Origin: Chrysomallon squamiferum
Lineage: Eukaryota > Animalia > Mollusca
NCBI GenBank assembly: GCA_012295275.1
Contig: CM022672.1
Span: 29,760,001-29,824,000 of the forward strand
Direction: 5' to 3'
DNA length: 64,000 bases
Positions within the stretch are counted from its first letter, which is position 1. The number at the start of each line of letters is the position of its first letter. The translations under genes were made by a program, and so were the position numbers. Under the pieces are notes generated by a model. It saw nothing but the letters and a program-made list of their open reading frames with translations. It was not told the origin of the DNA and ran no database searches. This document shows positions 38,361 through 53,639 of this stretch, piece after piece.

Positions 38361-40876
38361 TTAAAATGTAACTATTTTGGCTATACATTTGTTTTTGTCA
38401 TTACATCTTCAGAGAGGTGTATGTTAATACAATAAAGTGTATGAAAATAAAGATCTTAATTAATATTTGATCCTCCAGAAAAAGAAATGTTTTCTCTTTC
38501 ATGTCTTTGAAGCTAATTCAAAGATACCTTACAAGTAAAGTAATCAGTGTGCATTTTTTAGTTAGTTTTTTTATTTATTTATTTTTAGATTGTGTGAATA
38601 ATAAGAAAATATTTGTTACATTCATCAGTGTTGTAAAACAAACTATTTTAAACTCACCTTATGATAATACTGTGTATGACAATGTAAGGTCTAAAGATAA
38701 CAGCACACAAAACTTTTATTGATAAAAAGTTTCATCTTCTTATCTATTTCTATAAAAAAAAAAAAAAAAAAAAAAAATAAATAAAAAAAAAAATTTTGTC
38801 ACATCTTTAGCTTCAGGAAAGGAAGAATCATTTTTCTTTATTTTAGTTTGCTTAAAATCTAAGTTCAGAATTTAAAATTTCCGTTTTGTGTTTATGTGTA
38901 ATAATACGATTATCAGACTAGTTAGTTTGTTTAGAATACAGTGGGTTAATCCGACCGATTAGGGGTTTTCTTAACATCATTTTTCATTGCGTACTCTCTT
39001 TCGTATTTACTTACTTTTTAATCGTCTGCTTCTTTCATCTACTTATAAACTAGAGTAAGTTCCCTTTAGATAATAACGACGACCTTATGCAAACAACACA
39101 CACACACACATACACACACTCACATACACATACATTTTTTTTTTTTTTTTCAATCGGAATATTTTATTGTTTATATAAATAATTTTTCATTGACTTGTTT
39201 ATTTAGTTACTTTGTAGTCGTCTGCTTCGATGACCTACTTATCTAGAGTTACTTCCCTTCTGTCAATAAACACGTTAGATATGTAATAAAATTAATATGC
39301 GACTGCAAACGGAATAACGATGACCTAATTAATATAGCTAAGCGATTAGAAAATGTTTAACATAATTTAAATTTACTTTTATTATGGCTGTCATTTTAGT
39401 ATTTAGTTTTTAAAAAATATTATGCTTACGGTTCTTTGTCTTCTTATTCTTCTTTTTCTTGTTCTTCGTATTCTTCGTATTATTACTTTTATTATTTATA
39501 GTTCAGTCTAATTTATATCTATACTAATTTATGTTTATTATAAGTAATAAATATTTTGAAACAATTAAAAAGAGGTTGTTTTTATTTTATTCACATGTAC
39601 TTTGATTATTAATTTCCTCTATTTTCAATCGTTCTTTTCGACTGATACTGAAATTTTACTGATTGTATCAAGCAAGGACAAAAGAAAGGCAATTATGAAG
39701 GCCTTTGATACAGTTGATCACGGCATGTTGATAAAGTTATAAATTGTAAATAATCTGTCTTTAACCCTAGGCCCGTTTATCAACATTTTCAACGGATAAA
39801 ATAAATCACCCGAGTGGCACACCGTGCCACTAATTTCAAATCATTTTATGTTCTCTGTTTGCTTAACGTTTTACGTCCTCGAAAATAGTCATAAGATTAT
39901 AAACTATTCTGTGAAACAAATAAAATGACTATTTTAAACTAGAACATTTTTGAAGACCGCTTATGTTATATTATGAAGTATAATCTACTAATTTCTAAAA
40001 AAAACCTACTTATTTTGGAATTACATTTCAATAGACTAGTGTTTTCTTGCACTGTCTAACAGATGTTGAACCTGCATCAAATCATCTTTCTGGTTGTAGA
40101 TGACTTAACTGTTTCATCTCTAACCTGTTCTCCACCATGATGTCTTTGTCATCTTCCAGAGGACAACCTTTGTATAACCTTCCATCTTGATCCAGGATTT
40201 CAGTGATTGTGTACAGTTGACTGCTTTTGATTTCAAATTAGCATTATTGTTATTGCAAATTTACTTAAGCACTAAATTCTGTTATTATCAGATTACAAGT
40301 TACCTCACAGATGACCTCTCCAGGAATCTTTAATTTAAATTTGTTTCCTGACCAGATGCCCTTAATTGCCTCCCTCAGGGCTTTTTATCTCACATGGTTA
40401 TCTAAGCCCGGTCTAATGACCATCACTGGCCATTAGTTTGACGATATATGTAAACAAACAAATTGTCATAAAAATTCAACTCTCAACTGACCCCAAATAG
40501 TTACGGGCCACGCCTATTTATGCGTTAATAGTTTGTAGGGAGATTCCTGAGACCATAACTTTTACAATTTCCCCATTAATCTCCAGTTACTAATTTCAGT
40601 TTTAGCTTACATATTATAGTGTTAAAACAGTTTGATTGAGGGAATGCCAGTAGCATTCAGTTAATTAATATTAAAACTTTAAGTAATATAAAACCTCGTC
40701 ATTTGTTCACATTCAAACATTTCACAATCATCTACCTTTCATTGTTGTGGGCAATAATAGCAATTTACATATAAACTCAAAGAGAAAAATCATTTAGCAA
40801 TATAATCATGGAATCTGTATTTGAATTATCCTGACAGTGTCAGTGTTTATACACCATTCAGTTTACGCCATAACCC

Positions 40877-41003
<127 letters not shown>

Positions 41004-41661
41004 AGTTTTAAAGTTATTTTTGTTCTGCACCTGAATCGTTTTCTTTATCTCGAGGAACAAAGTTATAATTGTTCTTCAGCCGTTTTCAGTAACCAGTCTC
41101 CAAAAGCTTACTTCGGTGCCTTTGAGATCTGCTGTCAGCAAATATCCTTATTTAGATATCTTGGGCTAAAGTTAAAATTAATATTCAGTGGATATATAAA
41201 TCTATATTAAGAGAAATTTACACAAACATTAGGAAAGTTTTAATAAAAGGTTTGAGACAGAAGCATTATTGCAGACAATTTTGTTTTTACATTTAATAAT
41301 TTTCATTCTAAATAATTATTTTGACTTTAATGATAAAATCAGTTTTGTAACTGAAAATGCAGACAGGCGGTCGCAGAGCGAAGAAGTCTTGTCGGCCATC
41401 AACCCAGACTTGATACTTATTAGCTGTTCTCGTTAAATAAAACAATATAAGTTGAAATCTTAATTTCAGTTTTTACAAATGAAAAAATGAACCAATCCCC
41501 CCATAAAACTCACAGAAACAAAACCAGCCAACCCCCCAAAAAAACAATAACAATAAACAAACAAACAAACAAACTAACGAACAACAAAACAGCTAACCAA
41601 TCAACAACAAATATTTAAGCAATGTATATATATTTAATACAATATTATACAGATATAGACG

Positions 41662-41696
<35 letters not shown>

Positions 41697-41899
41697 CAGT
41701 GATCCTTTACCTACAGCAGAAATTAACCTTCATATGGTGTTTTGTTCAGAAATAGAATATCCTGAAAGAAAATATTGGAAGAGTCCATATAACCCATAAT
41801 TCTATAATGAATTCATGAAACACCATTTAGTTAATTAAACAGATAAAATATTTATTGTATCACTGATGCTTAATGTGTTGAACATTATCAACGTTATCG

Positions 41900-42200
41900 A
41901 TGCTACTGCTATTACTACCACTACGATTGTTACTGCTACTACTGTTACAATCACCACTGATATTACTGCTGTTACTGCTGTTACTATCATCATTAAACGT
42001 CCTTCTCCTCCTGCTCCTCCTACTACAACCAGTATTACTTCCACTGCTGTTGCTACTACTACTACTATTATTACTTTTACTTCTATTACTACTATTACTA
42101 CTATTACCACTACCACTAATGTTATGATTGACATTACTATTACTATTTTGACTAAATCTGATTTGCCTCCTCCGTCTCCTAGTGCCTCTACAACCAGGAC
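41900..42200. repeat. Degenerate (ACT/ATT/CCT)n low-complexity tract
   Basis: Triplet periodicity gives spurious ORFs in several frames. Confidence 0.85.
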
Positions 42201-42920
42201 TGCTGTTAACATGTGATTGAATTTACCTCTGACAGCTGGTCAGCAGTTTTCTTTCCCACCAGCATAGAACCTTTCTCTTTAGGATATTTTTGAATAAAAT
42301 CCGGACTGCTGAGACTGGTGTTACCTAACGTTGCTAGTTCAAGCAGGGCAGTGAATACAGTCTCATACAACTCCTGTTTTAATATAAAATTGGTTGAAGT
42401 ATTAACAAGTGTTAGACAACTAAACATATCTGTCTGTCTAATTTTCTGTCTGACTGCCTCCTGTCTCTCCATCTCTGACCGCTGGTATTTCTGTCTTTCT
42501 CTCTGTGTGTTTGGTGTGTGTTTGTATCTATGTATATATGCACATATGAGTATACATGTGTGTATGTATTTTTATATGTGCGCGTATGTGTATATATATA
42601 TTTATATATACACATACATAAATACAAATACATGGATATATACAAATATATATATATATATAGAATGTGCAGCAACAACATCTATACAAAAATAAGTAAA
42701 TAAATATATAACAGTAAAATGATATTTATTTAATGAAAGATAACGTTCCAGACCGCATCAAAATCTTTACAAATTGTAAAAATAAATTAAACCAATTAAG
42801 AATGAACAAAAATAAAGTAGTAAATTCAACTGACCTTGGTCTGTACGAGACCTCTACGCTCATCTCTCGGTGGAATCATCACTTTCCTGATGTCCACTCG
42901 TCCCGTCGCCTCCAGCTCAT

Positions 42921-44102
42921 CCGAAAAAGACCGAAACGAACAAGAATATGCATAATAGTTGTACTGGCAGCTTTGTGCACCTTAATGAACTCAACGTGCC
43001 GAACATCAGAACTATTTTCTCGTGTTGTGATACTGCAAAAATTGGACTGTCGAGTTATTAAGCCTATAGAAGAAACTTCTTTGAAAGATAACGCTAAAAA
43101 TGCTGGTTTGTTGTATGCAATGTGTAAAACGAATATAATACACCCGACGACGGCTAAGATGCCATTTTTCAAGCTGAAATAATCAAATAAATAAATAAAT
43201 AAATAAACAAATAATAATAATAATAATTTAAATAAAGAAAGAAAATAAATAAAGAAAAGAAAACTGAATTTCATTGTTTTCTAAGAAGTAATCATGCGCA
43301 AACATAGGCCAGATAGACTCACACAATTAGGGATTACACTTGTGACTGACATACACACGCACGCACACGCTCATTTACAGAAGGAACATGAAAACAACAC
43401 TCATACACAGGTATGTTACCCTCACATACATACACATATATACACACACTCAAACATAATGCACAAAACCATTCACAATGGGACATGCAGATGCAGTTAA
43501 AAAGCGAAGATACTCTCTATCTGCCATGATAATAAATGTTACTAATTTAATATTAACTGATAAAGAATTAAAATCAGGTTATTATTACTAAATCATGGAG
43601 TATAATTAGTAACGTTAACAATTTTTCTAACAATATCTAATACGTTTTCAAATAAAGTCTGTAATGACAGCGATCTTCATAAACGAGATCGTTTAGCGCC
43701 AGTTGATCTAATAACAACATTGTTTCATATGAGTATAATTTGTTGTTTCTTTTTATTTTTTATTTATTTATTTTTTATGAATGAGAGAGCAAAACATTTC
43801 GCCAACGACTTATAGATGAGTCCACATATACCAACTTACGTGCACAGATATAACATTTCATACAAACAGACATATATGTGTAAAACATGCATGTAAACAT
43901 AAACTGAAATCATGAGTGTAGAAAAGAAGAAGAAGAAAAAGAAGCAATAATAATAATAATAATTTCTTTATTAATGAATTACTGTCCTATAGGGCATTCG
44001 AATATCTTCTGTTTAAATATCTGATACAACTAAAAAGTATCAATAATGTATAAACATGAAAATAATAATTTACCGTGATCGGCAAAAACGTCGAAACGCC
44101 AT
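42921..44102 (-). pseudogene. 3'-truncated duplicate of the GAL3ST-like sulfotransferase (coding exons 44074-44102 and 42921-43173)
   Basis: Encodes MAFRRFCRSR|LKNGILAVVGCIIFVL...FIKVHKAASTT...RFGL; homology then stops abruptly at ~42921. Confidence 0.85.
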
Positions 44103-44940
44103 CTTCCAATATTTTGGCACCTGAAAATAAATATTAAGTCATAGTAAAAAAAAATAAATGTATACATCTATTTCAGATGATTTGACATCTGCCGACCAAA
44201 AGATGTGTCGAACAATGAATGATGAATGAACGAACGAACAAATAATGTATTAATGAACAAAAGAACAAAGCATTAACTTAATACGTGAAAGAATCAGTGA
44301 ATGAGTAAAAAATGATCAAATAAAGGATAAATTAGCAGCTGGATAATTAATTATTAGCTGTAAATAACATGTTAGTTTGTGTATTATTTTTTATTTTTTT
44401 TTTTTTTTTTGTTACTGCTGTAGTGATGATATGTATTAAAAATTCTGTTCATAACACTATCATTGACAGCGATATCGAGTATTAAGAAAATATATATTTG
44501 CCATCAATACTGTGGATAACCTGTTTGCTGTGATGTATTCTGTTTCTTTTCGCTATCTAACAAAAGTACTATGCAGTGAAGTTCAGTTCACTCAGGACGA
44601 AATACAGAGAAGAATATTGGAGGAAGTGGCTGACGTATCAGGGTCGCCTGATTTATTAAGATAATGTTTTGACAGATTACAATATTTTTATATATTTTGC
44701 AAACACCAATTATATCTCTCGGTGAAAAATAAATATTTTGTGTGAAATATATCGGTACAGATCTAAATGATCAGTATCCATGCATATAACTGAAGCATTC
44801 TAATAATGCAACATGTCATATAGCACCAATGAGTGCTGGATTCTCAAATAACTAAAACTTTGTAGAGATACTTAGGATGTATCTATCTGTCGTATTTTTG
44901 CATGATAATACGAGTGATACAGAGATTATGTAGCAAAACA
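42921..44940 (+). repeat. Local duplication, copy A (matches ~56228-58212)
   Basis: Exon, intron and upstream sequence are collinear with the GAL3ST-like locus 13.3 kb away. Confidence 0.95.
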
Positions 44941-46629
44941 ACTTGCCTGAGTGTAATTAGGAATTATTTTAGTTACGTTTATCTTTTTAATAATTATAAA
45001 ATAGTAAATAATTAATAAGAAGATATAAGTTTAAATTAAGAATATATTTATTTAATATGTTTCAGTTATCTCTTTGACACTGAACCATGAGTGTGAATTT
45101 AAGCTCATTTAATTTGTGTGATAACATTTTAATGCCACTTTTATTTTACTTGTCAATATCTATCATAAAATTTATGATACTATTTTATGTAAGAATCATT
45201 AAGAACTATTATTTTTATTATTATTATTATTATAGTAGTAGTAGTAGTAATAGTAGAAGTAGTAGTAGAAGAAGCAGCAGTAGTAGTAGTAGAAAAAACA
45301 TATATAGCGTTGACGTCACAAGTGATGTTCACAATTTCAGGAATATCAGTTCCATTTGGCCTACCAGTAACAGTACCACACAGATGTCCTGTGTTACACT
45401 GACTCGCTGCTGTGTTAGCATACAGCTGTACACCATTCCTTCTCCATTTAACTAAATTCAGTTACAAGGTTTTTAGAAGTTTGAATCAACACGAGAACTA
45501 GACTACCATCACACCAAACAATGAAATACAATTTATTTAACAATTTTATTAATAAATTCAAATAATATTAATAAAATAAAATAATGAAATAAAAAATACA
45601 GTATTCAAGGACGTCCACAGAAAACAAACAGATATAAGAAAGACCCAAAAAGAAGTGAAAAAGAAATACCCCAAAATAATAATAATAATAAAATAAATAA
45701 TAAAAATAAATAAATAAATAAATAATAAAGTAAAATAAAATAAAATAAAATAATAAAAAAATATGTAAATAAAAATATAATAATAAAAATAATGAAGCAA
45801 GAACATGCATTTTTCATATATTGTATCTGTTTTACTCCAATTTCGTCAGGAGAAAATTTCTACCCATGACATTACTAGAATATAGAAGAGTTTCAAAATC
45901 AATCTACTCTGTTTATTTCCAATTTAAACACAAAAAATCTAAATTATCCATGAATGGGCTACATGAGCAACCGCAGTAAATAGCATAATCAACTGCAAAT
46001 TTTATCTAACCTGTTTAATCTTTCTGTTATCAAAGATTATTTAAATACAGTAAGTAAATAAGTCAGTAATAAATGAATAAATAAATAAGTGTAAAGAAAA
46101 AGAAATTTCAATTAAAAAAGATTTAAAAAAAAATCATTTCAGTACAATTTTAATGAATAAAGTTAATATTTATAAACTGTGTCGTCAACACTTGTTCAGA
46201 GGTCACGTTAAGAAGTTCTAAACATCAGCTTTAGCTAATGTAATAATTTGTAACATTTAGAAATAATTTTACAAGAAGAAGAAGAACAACAACAACAACA
46301 AAAAGTAAACGGTATGAAACCTTGACGTCCTTCTCCCTCACTTAAAAGGTAAAATTAACGAACAAAACTATTTGTCATAATTAATATCACATTCTGTATA
46401 TTCAGTTTAATATTCATACTTACAGTCAAATCTGAAATATATTTCAACTTGATGAATAAAGTAAGGCTTTCCTACGGCCACTTGCCATCATGTGTAAGGC
46501 TGCGCTGTAGCTGTGTTTATACATACAGACCACGAGCTACGTTTACTGAAAAAATATCACATATATAAATGAATGAAAGAATATATGAATAAATAAATAA
46601 GTAAAGTAAATTACTACCTCAGTAGGAAC

Positions 46630-46663
<34 letters not shown>

Positions 46664-48775
46664 CACACACATATATAGATAGATAGATAGATAGATAGAT
46701 AGATGTACAGTAAATATTTTACAAACTTTATCTTACAAACATTTACAAAATAAATGTGTATATATCCTTTAATACATATAATTACTTATAAGTAGATTAA
46801 ATAGTAATAATATTATCAATATATAGTCTTACAGCAGTAATACACTACTTCGATAAAAACATGTTTGCTAGACTATCTTTCACATACCATGTTCTTTAAT
46901 TGACTTATTAGTTTTTCATTCATATTTTAAAACCTTCTTTTTGTCTTTTTTATTTTATTTTTATTTTTTTAATGTGTCTCCCACTTAGACTTTAGACTTT
47001 CTGACTTAAGAAAATTGAAATTAAGAATAAACAAAATGAGAAGTAAAGTCTGCTGTTTGAAACAACTCATGTCTCATTTGGAATAATGAGAAATGAATCA
47101 AATAGCAAACAAGAACAAACAAATTTTCCAAACAGCAGCCAATAAGCTTTGCAGTAATAATGAACAAGGAAGTATAACTATGAAAACTTGTTCCACCTTG
47201 TGAAAATAACGACTAGTTTAACATTTATGACAGAGAACAAAAGAAATACAGAGATGAGAGATACAGAGACAGAGAGACAGCAGGGGATGCAGACGCACAC
47301 AGAGAAAAAGTTAAAACAAAAACAACAAGAAACAACAAAAGAATGAAACAAACCACATTTATGTGAAAGAAAAAAATTGCTTTTGGAGAAGGGGTATTTT
47401 GGTTCATCATCAGGTTTAAATACTGTTACTTCTACACAGAATATTCTAAAGCTGCTGATTTGTTTTTGCTCTCTGTCAGTCTATGTGTGTCTCCTATCTG
47501 CCGAATATAAAAAATCAACCTGTCTTACTGTGTAATATTCAAAATATTTCCACGATATTTTACTCACGTCATAAAACATTCAATAATTTGTATTCAGTAC
47601 ATGTCTGTGAATAATTTACTAACGACAGTGCAGTAACACTTTTGAAGATAGAGACTCAGTCTGTTTGCAATTTTAATAATATCTGTGTGGAAAATGTTTT
47701 TATCTAATTACACGGTTTGAGTTTATCGACTAGTCTTTCTATTTGTTAACTTTCAGTTAGTTCATCCGTCCGTCTCTCTTTTATTATATTATTTTGTTTT
47801 TTAATGTTTCGTCAATTTGTTTCTTACTTCTGGGCTTACTGAAATGTAGCTACGTTGTTGTTAATAGTATTTATTAGTAATAGTATTAACAACTATGATA
47901 CTTATTGTAATTTTTGTGATCTCCGATGTACCTATAGTTTAATAGATAGCCTCAATATTCAAAACTAGTTGTATTAAATATGCAATGCAACTGATGTTAT
48001 TAGTGCTCATAATGATAATCATAATATTCGTGCATACATAGTAATACTATAATAGTAATATATATATATAGTTATGACAGTATCTCTACAGTAGAGTTAA
48101 CATTCTTGTTTACAGGAATAACAACCTTGTTATAACTGTTATTGCTTTTAATAACTGTTTTCCTTTATATTTTACTAATAGTATTCAGTGATTTAAACTA
48201 AAACTGTGACCTTACTTGAGTTAAATGAGAAACGGCTTCACATACAGTAAAGTATAATTACAGTTAAAGAAATATGTCTATTGCTGTACTTTGTACTTGC
48301 TGTAGTGAAGATCAAAACAGTTTACAGTTTATATAGAAGTGTACAGTACAGATGTTTTTCTATGAAACACAGAATGTAAGTACTTGTTATCAACGTATGT
48401 TTATGTGTCAAGAACTCATCTTTCATGAAACTTGTATATCAGGGTCCTGTATGCTAAACAATAAACAATAGGTTTTCATGAAAGAAGACAGAAGATAAGA
48501 AAAAAAGAAAAGAACAAGTAATGAGCATCAAAACATTATGTTATTAATGGTTAGTATGTTTAAATCATTATTAATTTGTTTTTATTATTGTTGTTGTTGA
48601 ACTTGTTTATATTTCAAGAACAATAACAAAATCCTAGCTATTTATATTGATATCGCTGTTCTGAAGGTGTATTATTGTTCAGTGAAACGTAATATCTTCC
48701 TGGTATATGATTTGTCTAATTCTCTCAAGAATGTACCATCAACACCACCACCAGTAACAACATCAAGATAACATC

Positions 48776-48833
<58 letters not shown>

Positions 48834-49719
48834 TAATAATAATAATAATAATTTTTAAAAACTTACTATATCCAGGAATCGTTTGTTCTGACTGTAAGAT
48901 CAAACAACAAACCAGAAATTTAAGACCTATCCAGCACTCAGACCATAGCACTCAGACAAAACCAACAAGAAAGTAAAACTGCGAGTTGAGACAAGACTCG
49001 TTGTTATGACGCACCAATCAGAAACAAATAAAAACACCCTCTAACATATTGTAGTAAAAAGTTCTTTACAAATATGATTTGAATAATCGAGAGTATATCT
49101 GTTGAATTAAACAGACTGGAGTTAAATTTTGATCCACGAAAACATGTTTTACCCGTACAGACCACACACAAGACTTTTCGTATACATTCTATTATCAGAG
49201 GTGTCGCAATATTCCTGTATTATCAATTGTTATATAAGAAAATAAAACACACCATTTTTTTTTTTTTTTTTTTTGTGTACTTATTTCATTTAATGCAGGT
49301 CTTATAGAGATAGATACTGTGAAATCGTTTTCTCTATGCAGATCGTTTGACTAGAGGGACTGACTGCTGTTCATGCGATAAAACAGATAATAATAATAAA
49401 AACTGTAGCATTTAAAGTAATATAAAAACATTAATACAACCAGGTATATGAATTGAAAACCATAATGACAGATAATCTTGGATTTCGCAATAAGTTGTCT
49501 TTCGTACATAGCAGAGGGCTAGGCTGAGTGTAGTGAAAACAGATCAGTTGACTCTTCTACAAGGAGACTACAGTTTCATTGCTAAGAGGTCAGTACTTAA
49601 TGTCATTCACAACATGTATCCAGGCCATGCACGAATGGAAATAGTATTTAAAAAGAACCAGAGCGAAATGTAGACTGAAATGTAATCTGTTCCTATTACA
49701 GTGTCACTAACCGTACAAC

Positions 49720-49754
<35 letters not shown>

Positions 49755-49943
49755 TATGTGTGTGTGAATGTGTACTCTAACAAAAAGGAAAAAAAAGTAG
49801 ATTTTATTGACATTGACAATATATATCTAATGGATCAACAGAAAGCTGCAGAATGTTCACATTTTACACACACTTTCGCAATTCATTAATATTGATGGTA
49901 TTACATTGAAAAGTTTAAAGTTCAAGGAGATAACAGTACAATA

Positions 49944-50934
49944 TCAATACCTTGTGTGCCCACCATGGGAGTCCAGAACTGCCTGAAATCTCCTTCCCAT
50001 GGCAGTAATGACATTAGGAATTACACCTTGTGGAATGGTGGCCCACTCTGTCTATAGTAGTAATTGCAACTGAGCACGATTCTGTGGTTGTGGTTGATGC
50101 TGCCTCAGTCGTCTATCCAACTCGTCCCATAAATGCTGTATAGGGTTCAAATCTGGAGATTAAAGGGCCAGGGCAGGATCTGAATGTTATTGTTGTGTAG
50201 GTACGCTGGTGTGAGTCTGGCTGTATGTGGTCTCGCATTGTCGTGCTGGAATACAGCGTTACCATTATTCATAACTGGTGCGTCATGTGGCTGCAAAATT
50301 TCATCTCGGTATCTCTGTGCCGTTAGGTTGCCGTGGATGTGAACCAGGTTGGTCCTGCCAGTGCATGAGATTGCTGCGCACGTCATCACACTACCAACGC
50401 TTCCTGTATGCAGTTTGCAGCAAAACGTTCATCACGACGTCTGTAAACTCGACATCTTCCATCAGCTCGTCGAAGCAGAAATCGAGCCTTGTCAATAAAC
50501 CAGACAGTTCTTCATCGTAATTAAGGCTAGACGCTGTGCATTTGACACCACTGACGTCGTAGTCAACGATGTTGTTGAGTCAAAACCACTCTTTTTACAG
50601 GCCGTCTGGCTCGAAAACCTGCTTCAGGTAGACGATTGCTCACTGTCTGAGCCGATATTCTACGTAGACCTGGTACTGCTGAAGCAGTAGAGGTTGCCGT
50701 GGTGGTTCTTTCCCGCATATGAAGTACCCGTATGTAGCGGTCCTGGGGCCTGGTGGTTACACGTGGTCTACCTGATCTGGGACGGTCACGTGTTGTTTGG
50801 CATTGCTGGAACTGATACCACAATCTCAAGATGGTGCTTAGGGATACATGGAAGACCCGGGCTACGGCCGAGAAGGATTCGCCAGCTTGTTTTTGGGTTT
50901 TGCGTTTATCGCGTTTTGGAATTGAAGTCTTCAC
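49944..50934 (-). mobile_element. Tc1-family transposase pseudogene
   Basis: HTH region AVARVFHVSLSTI, DRPRSGRPRVTT, ISAQTVSNRL, FQHDNARPHTAR, LPWP and terminal GHTRY*. It is frameshifted and I did not resolve the TIRs. Confidence 0.9.
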
Positions 50935-52318
50935 ATATGTATGTATATATGTATGTATGTAAGTGTGTATGTATGTATGTATGTATGCATGTAAGTATTT
51001 GTGAGAGACTGAACTTAAAGCATAATCTAAAGATACATAAAAACCATTGACGTGTGAGGTTTATTTCTCCTTGTTTAAACGTAGAGTACTTGGGAAATTA
51101 CTCCAAAACACGCGGGACATTAAACTATGGTAACACTGTCACTGGTGCTTTCTTAAGGAACCCAGGACAGTAATGGTCTACCAGTATTGGTCAGGGGTGT
51201 GAAATGTTATATGTGTGACTGTGGTGAAAGAGAGTTCAAGAGAAGAGAGAATATCTGGCCAGTTAGAACGACGTTTGAGCCAATTCTCTTTTAAATAAAA
51301 ATGCAATCGAAATCGAACTTGTGTAGTTTTTGTGTGAGGGTGCTGTACTCACCCGGCCAAATATATATGTATCAACATTAGAATGCCTAATCTGTGTTAG
51401 CCGGTCTGTGTTTGTGTATGTGTAAGTGTGTGTCTGTGTGTGTGTCTCTGTGTGAGTGTGTATATATGTGTGTACAGAATGGATATGCGTTTTTAATTCA
51501 TAATAACGAAAATAGACAAAATCCAAATTGACATATTGATTACTAAAGTTAAGATTTGATATATATGAAACATGTTTTATTATGAGTTGAAGTGTATAAA
51601 CAGCTGAAGTAAATGTACTTAGAAGTTTGATCAAACAATGACGTTGAAAAACTGTTTGATATATAGTAATATTGATTAAAACTAAATAAAGGAAACTAAC
51701 AAACATATCTACGTTGTCTATAATAGAAATATATAATAAAATTAGACTACTTTTACTTACAACCGCGTATCTCTAGATGCCCATAATGTAGTAAAGTTTA
51801 TGTTAATTACATGGGAAATAATTCTGAAATGGGATTTGGAAGATTATAACATGAGTAATTATTACTATGATGTAAAACTGATAAAGACAATACGGCCTGA
51901 TCATCAGTTAAAGAACTGTGTATGAAATAAAAAATGTTGTTAATAAAGGTGTTTAGATCTTAAGTTTCAATGTCATTTGAAAACACCCTAAATGAAACAT
52001 TAAATATGTTTGTATACATCCTCCAAATATTTTTTAAATAAACGTGCATAATCTTACAGAATCAAACAGTTGCGAGCCAGCATTTATAATTATTAAACAA
52101 AAACAACAGAAAAGTGAAACAATTATTCTCGTTATTATGTTGTTGTTACACGAAATCTAAAAATTATAACCAATTAGCCTGTGATCCAAAATGTCACCAC
52201 AATACGAATCAAGTCCCTTTGTACCGTCATTGGTCTTGCTGGAAATTTTCCAGATCTTGAATAATTTTCATATTTATTTTCTTTCTCATGCGAAATGATA
52301 TTAAATCTACGTACAGAG

Positions 52319-52350
<32 letters not shown>

Positions 52351-52611
52351 CGTCTCTTTTTTATTTTCCATCTCACTAAAAAAATTAAAGAACAAAAACA
52401 AAAAAACTTTTAAAACTTGGACTTTCATTAGTATGTAATTTGTACGTTTTTTTTTATCAGTGCTGTATCTTGATCTAGTTCTCAGATTAGGCAGTTAGAA
52501 TCACCTGTAAATATGTGTCATTCTTGATGACGTTGCCGAAGTTCGTGTGCATGTTAAGTCAAGATATTCACAGACAGGGAAGGTGTCCGAAATTGAACGT
52601 TTTATGTTTTT

Positions 52612-52655
<44 letters not shown>

Positions 52656-53639
52656 ATTATTATTATTATTATTATTATTAATTTTTTTTTATTATTATTA
52701 ATATTATTTTTTAATCCATTCATATGCAACTACGTAAAAAGACATACGATCATAATCTACTTAGAATGTAGTTTATATCTTAGTTGTTTTATTTTTCCAT
52801 TTCGTTTTTGTTTATTGCCTATTTTTGCAGAGGGTTGTTTCTGTTTTATGTTTTGTTTTTGTTTTATTATTATTATTGTGTTTATCTTTAATATGATTAC
52901 TCTGTTTCTGTCGGCTGGATCCCGTGACTGCAAAGGTTAGAACACCAAACATACAAATTCAGTGTTTTTAAAACAGGGCTCGTCACTTTTCCTTTCGCAC
53001 TCTCGTTTTACAGCGAAACAACTTGTTTTTTTTCTTTCTTTTTTTTTATGGGGATATAAATGTGTTTTCTTCTTTTCTCATAGTTCTTTAAGCCATACAA
53101 ATCAATAATATAACAATCTCACATGAATTCAGTACACTGAACTTTTATTTACTCATACTAAACACGGAAAACTAGATTTAAAGTATTTAATTTAATTTGT
53201 TGGCAGCATTTGTTTTATATTCCACAATATTTAGTAACTAATAACTAGTTTATATTGTTATAAAAACACAATTTTATTAACTACTCTGTATTAACTGAAC
53301 TTGTGTATTATGTTTTCTTAATTTTTGTTAATCATGTTCTGTGTTAATTAATATGAAAATGAATGTCAAGAAATGCAGAATTAGTGTGTAAATCAAAACG
53401 CTATATTTATGCTGCAAATAATGTATTTGTATTTATAAATTTTAAACAGAAAAATAAATATACATTTTAAATGTATTTTAGCAAGGTGTGCCCATTGAAA
53501 AGAAAAATACATGCCTCTTCAACATGAAGATCTGTTGACTTTTGTTTAACTAATTTTCTGAGGCATCTTTATGTAATCTTTTTATGTTATGAAAGAACCA
53601 TGTTGCACTAATATTTCATTTCATTATTTGCGATATGAA

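Noticed and set aside
39698-39740. KAFDTVDHGML RT motif
   Set aside because: Probably a real LINE crumb but only ~40 bp, too short to annotate.
39762-40528. TTAA-flanked piggyBac/Kolobok-like element
   Set aside because: Only a 7-bp ggcccgt/acgggcc inverted match, and it is not positioned symmetrically relative to the TTAA sites.
41835-42216. Mucin-like Thr-rich protein
   Set aside because: Degenerate triplet low-complexity DNA, open in several frames, with no splice or domain support.
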